From: Candidatus Sericytochromatia bacterium
Lineage (GTDB): Bacteria; Cyanobacteriota; Sericytochromatia; UBA7694
Length of the DNA stretch: 64,000 bases
Assembly: GCA_964229355.1 (NCBI GenBank)
Contig: CAXRDE010000016.1
Span: 83,732 to 147,731, forward strand
Direction: 5' to 3'
The position numbers were made by a program, and so were the translations under genes. The notes under the pieces are model-generated. The model worked only from the letters and a program-made list of their open reading frames with translations. It searched no databases and was not told the origin of the DNA. Each line of letters begins with the position of its first letter. Position 1 is the stretch's first letter. Shown piece after piece: positions 11,401 through 17,646 of this stretch.

Positions 11401-11747
11401 TGATTCGTTGCGGGATCATTGGCGTTTACATCTTCGTCTTCCTGGGCTTTGTTAATACCTTTACCAATTCGGTTGGCAACAAAGGTGGTCACCATTTGTA
11501 AGGTGGCCAGGCCCACTTGTTTTGCGGCAATAGCGGCTTGTTTTTCGGCCAGTTGTTTTGCACTTTTAGCAGCGTAAAGCTCCATTTCGGCTTTGCGCTT
11601 GGAACGGATCTGGGTGTTTTTATCCACCTTATCCATAATGTCTTTGTTGTCATCGTTGACCTGGCGGGTAACCTGTTGAATAGCGCTGGCGACGTTGCGG
11701 GCACGGGTTGTGGCTTCGCGAGCGGCGGTATACATCCGAATGTTCAT
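5403..11747 (-). CDS. Giant secreted- or surface-type protein (2114 aa), unknown family; shares N- and C-terminal modules with the 389-aa upstream gene
   Basis: 6.3 kb ORF with SD AAGGAG 7 nt upstream of the ATG. No signal peptide. No Cys, Trp or His by my reading. N/Q/G/T/S/D-rich with beta-helix-like stretches (GITISGNANLNQGNFTINKNALNVLNGTVGV). Gly-Ala repeat near the C-terminus. Confidence 0.85.
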   Translation of the reverse strand: MNIRMYTAAREATTRARNVASAIQQVTRQVNDDNKDIMDKVDKNTQIRSKRKAEMELYAAKSAKQLAEKQAAIAAKQVGLATLQMVTTFVANRIGKGINKAQEDEDVNANDPATNQRQEDRGFGGDLIEVLKEAFFINAITDKFKGKDGNEEEGNNPPVEETNANDETNTNNSTTQTVTRPANQGLLDRVATAIQDTLNPQRDQAIASDDEDQNLTEAPGADAEDKAGILARVKDAVNSVLGNEENNLSSEQQEQIRGRVDAVIQEEENAEGPINEEGLTQRVQSAINEVLNGNSNTNAANTNAGASGDAITGNNTTDNTDALASDSDAVENDGANPVNTNVQNNTNGGGTAITTTPGQTSDAVDNSTNGDEVSPAAPQNQNTTGDDENLVVSTTQGRASAAVDNDTNTGVIENRGTTAQTDEEGNSFSERVSNGAAKALNVLGIKDGPEGPSALGELFKMIAALFKKLNEMSGSEKPKSRFARLGQGINALAYAVSDPNANGLIGSAIRDTVVNPLIGVATLPGRALSTATANAQENVNGNLEGNEQEIADELENTGAVSTSSQTRLGESLQRRVRVQAESNGEELSDADVKSRADQGVQAFLGNVVGQQIGQSLTATVKDGDNVTLTNASGVAVDISKDTLSRAAAGDVNAQNEIKARFANPNGTPVGDGSVSADATADPTGDPPKNVTGSETNETPATAEGIAKATEEPEVSDANKALLEQVNKLAENNGVEALKGARVINGEVTLRDGRTVSQNDAKKGGGITISGNANLNQGNFTINKNALNVLNGTVGVDSREKGRINNAVSAGLNLSRDGNNNLNLNFDANARSQESATIGDRNNSVQLTIDNRAIGNGRLVTTPSGGQEQLSNQTIKDAANGDLNRSERRALGVNLNRPDQIDTRAAFSAAFSGSGNVESALRDARASNRNDRLTNEFFGGFPGRQQGLSDPTSDLRENTQAQLSEAVIGELNKTGTDKTKFLEGLGFNSEQIGQILNNNGSVNERQLGRALEARIGLTTSGDEQNRTVQAIVNRGTSAEADAALAGLINNGQGGNAVGSFTTNKNGQNQVTVTGTSGTGGQQSQGDIEQGVRQEIANRLSKNTLDGGLGLGRIDVNDLVFNAQGNVEGIIGRDGQQRTLEEFANENAGVAEKNAAKYNRIIADYLDPEGKNRNLRATPLNSQQIQQRIGTTTGEVRQENNDQLQGGELPGASSDAQQTLRSLTAAGLDLSGAQRVANSDGSISINIAANGPNNPARSFTIGADGKITEGNEPGRERNFGDRVSDAFSRFTGISGPNSGPGRPDNANAAGDLAEALGQDKAAFTEKFERNEKAARELTAELNRAFQVDFGIFKSGESVQSVNLKYDSEGNIYSAGVLLNDGTKLQLERDAASGELAIVNASGDKAGTQSIQGSSDFFNAAQRKKGFENKLASFGATNVQVVERNNNTSALRRDDNNSFNNNFEQEGRLRFDLGGQYFDIGYGVDQNGGVRLNTRGLTAEQREALAPVLNELNVYIGGETTGANRRDANISNALNKANNDQNFLAALQQNQPEKARELLSNFLTSEGLSETDASITAERLVEQKGRLNAQGENLSAALKANGINQETSKKVIEDIKSSNILQNNALRNINTDDSRRAISEVIRQAGVNDEQKVQKLTDAVIQDNRLNFQSQTQRNAATQYNNVVSSERALINSFDNANASVKFQTLGIQALTGDENAQALVQVGDADKAERIAQTRQNLQAALTAKDTKLAQDILDGFVESEGLDRGSITLQDLGAGVNTAGEIRFNPSSALGRVEVGASFDGSVSQVQATNVAFTNAEGTRSTVNVNVTQRGNSGEFTVDVNSNGPTVAADGTEATPEQQAQSQRTLAQAEGGLRSRYGDEEQNGAQRFGEGLGSFLDQSTRFLGETLNALLPGIQAYKAAMEALQDARVRLEAATKQLAAAQKYADEMGVTFGSTNGDAVGDVGGAGEAGGAGGAGGAGGAGGAGNAGGAGGAGGAGNAGGAGGAGGAGATGNANGSSAENTTPATTGEQQEVQSELLSAVASDSNFANIAVLIGLNPGMIIEQAQQMDMLEQLTETIQQLRSPFSNPVQSMREFVERLELAQSSTQLPQDGIVL
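5721..5865 (-). repeat. In-frame GC-rich tandem repeat encoding (GAG/GNA)n inside the 2114-aa gene
   Basis: Plus strand shows reiterated ccagctccaccagc(a/t)(c/t)(c/t)gcc units. It translates to GGAGEAGGAGGAGGAGGAGNAGGAGGAGGAGNAGGAGGAGGAG. Confidence 0.8.
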
Positions 11748-11801
11748 ACGGTGAACTCCTTTGGTTTTGTGCTTTCAGGAATAAATCATACTTAAGAAAA
11801 A

Positions 11802-12971
11802 CTAGGCTGGACTTGCGCTAGAACCTGCTGCCAACAAGGCCTCTAGTTTTTGTAACTTCTGCAGGGCTGCAGCAGCTTGTTTTTTGGCGGCCTGATATTC
11901 TACGACGGCATCTTGATATTCTTCTTCATACTGTTTAGCGACACTGTTCATGGCCATAAACTGGTTGAGAGAGGTGCCAAGGGGTTTAAAGAGAACTTTT
12001 TGGAAAGCATCTTTTGCACCCTCACCGAATTTATTAATCACATTTTTCTCTTTGAAGATGTTTTCAGCTTGATTGGCCACGCGATCGTCAATGTTCAGGC
12101 CTCTTTGAATATTTTCGTTTCGCAGCAAGCCCAACGCGCTTTGCGCACTTTGGCGGTAAGCGGGGTTGATTTGCGTGGAGCGACTGAGCATTCCAGCGGC
12201 CATGCGCTCCCCGGCATCGCTTCCTACGGGGGTTGTACTGCCTTCTACAGAGCGTGAACCCTGAGCAAAAAAGCCGTTTTCTCCAAATAACTCACCCCGC
12301 AAGGCGTCGCTCATGTTACCGGTGGCCGGATCTAAATCGCCAGGATTAAAGGCGGGGGGTGGGCCTTCTTGTAGCATGGCACGCAGCGGACTGCCCTCAG
12401 GGGTGTTTTCCAATAAATTGCGAGCCATTTCGGTCTGAGAGACGTTTTGAAAGCCCTCCACCTTACCTGTGGTGGTGTTAACCCCCATAATCGAAAAGTT
12501 TCTTTGAGAGGGGTTATAAGATACAACGGCGCCTTCCTGACTGTTCCCGCCTGCGTTTGCAATTTGAAAAGAAACGGCATATTTGTTAATGTCTGCATTG
12601 CTCATGGGGGCGAGCTGGCTGTCGTCAGACACCTGTCGCTCATCTTTATTGAGCATGTCTGCGACGCCGTCCAAAATGCCTCCACCGAGGGTGCCAAGTA
12701 GTACAAGGGCTGCTGCATCTTTGGCGCGCTCCATACGATCCTTTTTGAGCTGCATCATTTTTTCGGCTTTTTCTTTTTTGATGTCAGCGCTTTTGGCTTC
12801 ATATTCGGCTTCAATCTTGCTACGCATTAATTCGTCTTTGCGTTGTGCATTGGCGGTGCCCACGGTTTTTACATCGTCTTGCACGGCTTTAATGTTTTGA
12901 CCCTGGTTTTGATGGAATTGGAGGGCCGCATCTGCAGCCTGGCGGGCGTATTCAAATGACATAAAGCTCAT
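11802..12971 (-). CDS. Cys-free 389-aa protein, 'mini' paralog of the 2114-aa protein (same N and C modules)
   Basis: SD GAGGAG 10 nt upstream of the ATG. N-module RSKIEAEYEAKSADIKKEKAEK followed by the hydrophobic Gly-rich AAALVLLGTLGGGILDGV. C-module KFGEGAKDAF...YQDAVVEYQAAKKQAAAALQKLQ. Both align by eye to the 2114-aa protein. Confidence 0.8.
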   Translation of the reverse strand: MSFMSFEYARQAADAALQFHQNQGQNIKAVQDDVKTVGTANAQRKDELMRSKIEAEYEAKSADIKKEKAEKMMQLKKDRMERAKDAAALVLLGTLGGGILDGVADMLNKDERQVSDDSQLAPMSNADINKYAVSFQIANAGGNSQEGAVVSYNPSQRNFSIMGVNTTTGKVEGFQNVSQTEMARNLLENTPEGSPLRAMLQEGPPPAFNPGDLDPATGNMSDALRGELFGENGFFAQGSRSVEGSTTPVGSDAGERMAAGMLSRSTQINPAYRQSAQSALGLLRNENIQRGLNIDDRVANQAENIFKEKNVINKFGEGAKDAFQKVLFKPLGTSLNQFMAMNSVAKQYEEEYQDAVVEYQAAKKQAAAALQKLQKLEALLAAGSSASPA

Positions 12972-13086
12972 AAATTAAATTCTCCTCAATATGAAGCGTT
13001 GGTGGATAGGCAGAGAGATCCGCATACCTTATCTGCTATATACCCCGAACCCCTGTGCCTTTAAACAAAAAATTAACAAACAGTTA

Positions 13087-14235
13087 TTAAAAACCGTCCA
13101 GAAGCTGGCGCAGGATATAGCGTTTGTCTTCACCTTGAGAAATGCTGAATTGCTTTTCGCCGAGGACATTTTCCACATCTCGGCTATTTTGAGCGTAAAT
13201 GCGAAAACGGACTTCCGTACGCGTGTCACCTTTCTGGGGCGGTGATGAAATCTCTTCGAGCCGTACGGCTTCTATTTTTTGATGAGAAATGGTGTTCATG
13301 GACTGGATCATCTGGCGTTGGGCATAGTCCTCGTAGGCAGCCACAAGACTATTATGGGCTGCTGTTACTGTGGGGGCATTCACATACAAATAGTACTGAA
13401 ATGGAGCCGTATTGCCTTCCACCTGAATTTCCCAGTATTTTCCGCCCAGTTCGGCTTTGATTTCTGCATCCCTTTCTTCAGGGCTTCGGTAACGGTCATC
13501 TGCCAGGTATTTGGCGGCGATCCAATACCGTGCTGTATCACTGGTTTCGATCTTGAGCCATTGTGCGTTATCGCTCTTGCCCACGAGCAAGACCATTGTG
13601 TTGCGCGGGATTTTCAAATCTACCGTCTGCGCGGGATTGTCGTCTGCTGAGGTGGGTGGTTCCAGATAGACCGGCGGGTTTTCTTGAATGATGTACTTTG
13701 AGGGATAGGGCTCATAGAGCACCTCGGGAATGGTTAAGGTGACCACCGAGGTGCTCTTTTTGAGGGTGCCACCCCCGCCGCCCGGGTTGCGTCCTTTGAG
13801 CTCCACCTGCACCTGATAAGAATCCCCTCGTTCAAAGCGATCTGTGAGTGCTGATGGGCTTGGACTGGGTTCTACCTTGGCGGGTTTGGAAAAGCTTTTC
13901 ATGACCATGGGAATGAGGAGCGCCAGGAGCATGAGCGCCACCAGGGTAATGCTAATACCGGCAATGAGTAGTGCATTTTCTTTGAGGGTATCTAAGAGAG
14001 GCTCCCACCATTTTTTATCGTGGTTGCCTTCGCTTTCTTGCACAAAGGCCACCATGTCGTGAAGTTCGTCAATGGTTTGCTGGACTTCATCGCGGGTGGC
14101 TTCGTCATGTACCCATTTTTGAGCCTGACGATAAGCTTTGAGGGCGCCCACCAAATCTCCTGTGTTATGAAGGCGTTGGGCCTCTTCCAGGGTTTCAGAT
14201 AATTGTTTTTTCTTGTGTTGTAGGGGTTCTGTCAT
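13087..14235 (-). CDS. Single-pass membrane protein with TPR-like cytoplasmic N-terminus and SH3b-like outer domain
   Basis: TM helix ALLIAGISITLVALMLLALLIPMVM. N-terminal LEEAQRLHNTGDLVGALKAYRQAQKW. WLKIETSDTARYWIAAKYL resembles bacterial SH3. Directly upstream of the giant genes. Confidence 0.65.
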   Translation of the reverse strand: MTEPLQHKKKQLSETLEEAQRLHNTGDLVGALKAYRQAQKWVHDEATRDEVQQTIDELHDMVAFVQESEGNHDKKWWEPLLDTLKENALLIAGISITLVALMLLALLIPMVMKSFSKPAKVEPSPSPSALTDRFERGDSYQVQVELKGRNPGGGGGTLKKSTSVVTLTIPEVLYEPYPSKYIIQENPPVYLEPPTSADDNPAQTVDLKIPRNTMVLLVGKSDNAQWLKIETSDTARYWIAAKYLADDRYRSPEERDAEIKAELGGKYWEIQVEGNTAPFQYYLYVNAPTVTAAHNSLVAAYEDYAQRQMIQSMNTISHQKIEAVRLEEISSPPQKGDTRTEVRFRIYAQNSRDVENVLGEKQFSISQGEDKRYILRQLLDGF

Positions 14236-14243
14236 AAGAGGGC

Positions 14244-15074
14244 TCAGGGCTTACACTGTTGCTTGCAGGCGGTTTTATCGCCCAGGCTACAGGCTTTTGC
14301 AAAATCTTGCTGGGCTTGCCTGCATTGGTTTTTGACCTGATAGGCCAACCCACGGTTATAATAAGCGAGCGCCATTTTGGGGTTGTGTTGAATGGCCTGG
14401 GTGAGATCGTAAATGGCTTTGGGATGTTGGCGCAGTTTAAAGTACAAAAGTCCCCGCTGAAACCAGGCTTCTGCAGAACGGGGGTCTTTTTGCACACTAT
14501 AGGTAAAATCTTGCAGGGCTTCTGTGGTCTTTCCCAGGTTTTGGTAGACCTGGCCGCGCTGCATATACAGCAGGGGTTGCGGATTTCTTTGAATGGCGCC
14601 ATTGAGATGAGCCAGAGCTTCGTTCATTTGCTTATTGCTGAGATAACTCTGCAGCAAGGCTTTTTGAAAGGGGGGATGATCGGGTTTGAGCTCGTAAGCC
14701 AGACGAAAATCCTCTAAAGCTTCTTTGTTTTTGTTTAATTTTTGGTATAAGGTCCCTCGGTTAAAATAGGCTTCGCTGTCTAAAGGCAGACGTTTCAAGA
14801 CTTCACTGTAGTCTTGAATGGCTTCGGTGTATTTTTTTAAACCGGTATAGGCGCCTGCGCGATTAAAATAACCGTTGACGTGATTCGAAGCTGCTTTCAG
14901 ACACTGATTATAGGCCTGGAGGGCTTCGTTATACTTCCCTTTCGCTAACCACTGATCTCCGTTTTTACATGCGGTGGGCAGGGCTTCAGCAGCCTGTGCG
15001 CTGAGACCTGATAACGTAACCGGTACTGCTCCCCACAGCAGCATTGAGACCAAAAGAGAGTGAGCAATTTTCAT
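14244..15074 (-). CDS. Secreted TPR-repeat protein
   Basis: Signal peptide MKIAHSLLVSMLLWGAVPVTLSGLSAQA. Repeated 34-aa units such as AYFNRGTLYQKLNKNKEALEDF and AWFQRGLLYFKLRQHPKAIYDL. Confidence 0.8.
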   Translation of the reverse strand: MKIAHSLLVSMLLWGAVPVTLSGLSAQAAEALPTACKNGDQWLAKGKYNEALQAYNQCLKAASNHVNGYFNRAGAYTGLKKYTEAIQDYSEVLKRLPLDSEAYFNRGTLYQKLNKNKEALEDFRLAYELKPDHPPFQKALLQSYLSNKQMNEALAHLNGAIQRNPQPLLYMQRGQVYQNLGKTTEALQDFTYSVQKDPRSAEAWFQRGLLYFKLRQHPKAIYDLTQAIQHNPKMALAYYNRGLAYQVKNQCRQAQQDFAKACSLGDKTACKQQCKP

Positions 15075-15156
15075 GACCCAGTGAGAACCCCGCTTGCGAT
15101 GATTGCCCGATCATAGCATGACTGAGCACATGCGTCTAGAACGGGGCCGTATGGGG

Positions 15157-17646
15157 TTAGCTTAGCCGTTGATAAGCCGTCTGATACTGTTGCTTGAGCC
15201 CTGAGGGAATCAGCTCTCCCGCTTCAATGAAGGTTTGCTCCATTTGTTCTCCCCAGGCTTCGAGCTGGCGCAGATCCTGAGCGGATAGTGCCTGTTCAAA
15301 CAATTGGGCAAACACTGCGTCACAGGTGGGCTCAAACTGTAGCCAGCGGGTGAGGTAAGCCCTGGCCTGTTCGGGTTCTCGACGTGCTTGCCACTGGCGT
15401 GCACACCAGAGAGTCAGCTCACGACCCTGACGCTGGTAGTGTTCCCGCTCTGCTTGCCAGAGATCTGCAAAGTCCAGCTCAGGTAAAAATGTGCCCTGGT
15501 AGAAAGCCAGCGTTTTTTCAACGGTGTCCAGTGCTTCAGGTTCTGCTTTGTGCTTCAACCAGTAGTCATAGCCATCACTAAAGTTTTCCGCATCCCACTG
15601 GTAATGGCTTTGGCGGTTAAAGCGGTAGCAAGCGTCTTGAAAATGAATGTACTGAGACGTTTGCTTGCCTTTGCGCTGAGGTTCGAGCACTTTTCTTAAG
15701 GCATGAATGTGCACGTCTAGCGAGCGCAGGGCTTGCTCCAGATCGTCTTGCCCGGTGAGCCAGTCGGCAAGGGTCTCACGGTGAATGCTGTGGCTGTGCA
15801 ATAAAAGTTGAACCAGGATATGTCGGGATTTTTTTCGGGGCCAGCGTCCCACGGGTTTGTCCTGTAAAAATACCTGAAATCCGCCGAAGGTCTGGATGCG
15901 CAGCTCCGCAGAGGTGGTGGCTAACACGCGGCGTGTGGACGAGCTGGGCTGCGCTTTGCTAGCGGAGACGGGCAGTAAGGCTTCAGCCTCTCTTACCAGG
16001 CCTTGAGAACCGTTTTCCTGGGCCTGGTGCAAAATATGCTGCAGCAGAGGGTAAGCGCTGTCTGGTGGGGTTTGGCGTAAAAGGGAGAGGGCTTGATTGA
16101 GTTGAGCGTAGAGGGCTGCAAAGCTGTTGGGTTCCAGGCGCTCCAAAGCCTGCGCGTGTAAACGCAAGGCGCGATCTTCCTGCTTTAGAAAACGCCATAA
16201 GCGCGCTTCCACGTCCCAAATGAGGGGCCAGAGTGAATCCCAGTTGAGGGTTTCTGCAATTTGTTTGGCCTGGGTGATCAGGGTTTGCGCGAGCGTGACG
16301 TCAATGCGTTCTCCCAATAGTTGAGCAAAGACCAGGTTCAGGTAAATAAGGGGTTGTCGTGTGAGCGGCAGCTTTTGTACCTGTTCTACGAGGGCCAAAA
16401 CCGCTGGAGCATCGGTACTTTGTTGGTGGTCCTGGAGCGCTTGTAAAAAATACAACATGCTCTGAATTTCGAGTTGCATGGCCGTGTTGCTGTCGTGATG
16501 GGCCAGTGCAAGGGCTTGTTGGTAGAGGCTTTCGGTTTGGTGGTATTGTCCCTGCTGATAATAGGTTAAGCCGCGCAATTGCACAGCACGGGTTTGAAAA
16601 CGGGTCACGTGCCGACCCCGTAAATTTTGGAGCTGATCTAAAAAATGGTGGGCTTCTGCATAATGAGCCTGTTGTCGCGCGCGGTTGGCGCGCAGATAGA
16701 GCCAGGCAGCCTGATCCTGAGGGTGGAGTTCTGTGGCGGCTTTCAGGAGTGGCTCAGCCTGACTTAACAGGCGATCACAGTCTTTCCATTGCCCCGCCTG
16801 TAAGTATTGGTGGGCCAGATGGGTCAATACTTTGAGCTGGTGCGCCGGCTCATCACTTAAACCTGCAGCGCGATAGAGATAAGCCCGTCGCTGAGATAAA
16901 TCTTCACTCTGTAGGGCTTGATGCAGCCAATAGTGAGGATTTTCTTTTTCGGCTTCTTTCTGTAGGCGTTGCCAGAGCTCGGAAGGAGCCTGTGTCCAGT
17001 ATGCAGGGGTGCGTTGGCGGTCCTGCAAGCGTCGGGTGAGCACCTGCAGGCACTGGGCGCTAGAGATCTCACCCAGGCGGACTTTGGTGTGTAAGAGCAA
17101 GGCCACGGGCCAGCCCCGGCAGGCTTCCCAGAAGGTTTGATCCTCAGCGGTCCAGGGTAAGTCCAGCCCTTGCCAATACGCCTGGCTGGTCTTCAGAGAC
17201 CAACAAAAATCTGACCTTTGATAAACATGTGCGCCTTCCACAAGCCACTGGCTTAAATCCAGAGCCGGTAAGGCTTCAAAAGCCAGCACAAAGCTGACGT
17301 TTTGGGGTGGGTTTTTTAAAAGGTGTTGCCAGAGTTCTGTGATTTCAGGGGCTGTCAACACCGTTTCGCCGTCGTCTTGAAACCACCACAGGGGCTCTGA
17401 TTGATGCTGTAACCATTGCAAGACATCGTGGCGGTTTGTCAGCGGCTGTTCTGCCTGCTGACTGAGGACCGCAAGATAATTCTGAAAACAAAATTTATCC
17501 AAAGCAGAAGCAGACAAAAATATGCTGTTTTGACCCCCGTGTTGCAAGGTTTCATGCCATTGTCTTAGTTGTTTGCTTTTGCCATACCCCGTGGGAGCCA
17601 CACACAGGGCTCCCGGGGGCTTTAATGCAGGCAGTGCCTGATGCAT
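15157..17646 (-). CDS. Large regulator with P-loop NTPase, TPR-like middle, and C-terminal winged-helix plus BTAD (SARP-type) domain
   Basis: P-loop APTGYGKSK near the N-terminus. C-terminal LRIQTFGGFQVFLQDKPVGRWPRKKSRHILVQLLL...HALRKVLEP (OmpR/SARP wHTH), then a BTAD-like segment FLPELDFADLWQAEREHYQRQGRELTLWCA. Confidence 0.7.
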   Translation of the reverse strand: MHQALPALKPPGALCVAPTGYGKSKQLRQWHETLQHGGQNSIFLSASALDKFCFQNYLAVLSQQAEQPLTNRHDVLQWLQHQSEPLWWFQDDGETVLTAPEITELWQHLLKNPPQNVSFVLAFEALPALDLSQWLVEGAHVYQRSDFCWSLKTSQAYWQGLDLPWTAEDQTFWEACRGWPVALLLHTKVRLGEISSAQCLQVLTRRLQDRQRTPAYWTQAPSELWQRLQKEAEKENPHYWLHQALQSEDLSQRRAYLYRAAGLSDEPAHQLKVLTHLAHQYLQAGQWKDCDRLLSQAEPLLKAATELHPQDQAAWLYLRANRARQQAHYAEAHHFLDQLQNLRGRHVTRFQTRAVQLRGLTYYQQGQYHQTESLYQQALALAHHDSNTAMQLEIQSMLYFLQALQDHQQSTDAPAVLALVEQVQKLPLTRQPLIYLNLVFAQLLGERIDVTLAQTLITQAKQIAETLNWDSLWPLIWDVEARLWRFLKQEDRALRLHAQALERLEPNSFAALYAQLNQALSLLRQTPPDSAYPLLQHILHQAQENGSQGLVREAEALLPVSASKAQPSSSTRRVLATTSAELRIQTFGGFQVFLQDKPVGRWPRKKSRHILVQLLLHSHSIHRETLADWLTGQDDLEQALRSLDVHIHALRKVLEPQRKGKQTSQYIHFQDACYRFNRQSHYQWDAENFSDGYDYWLKHKAEPEALDTVEKTLAFYQGTFLPELDFADLWQAEREHYQRQGRELTLWCARQWQARREPEQARAYLTRWLQFEPTCDAVFAQLFEQALSAQDLRQLEAWGEQMEQTFIEAGELIPSGLKQQYQTAYQRLS

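Noticed and set aside
1-14235. Calling the giant-protein operon a type III (or type I, or two-partner) secretion locus.
   Set aside because: The window contains no SctN/V/R/S/T/C genes, no ABC/MFP/OMP genes, no TpsB and no haemagglutination TPS domain. Only indirect cargo-like properties are visible, so it is reported as a hypothesis, not a call.
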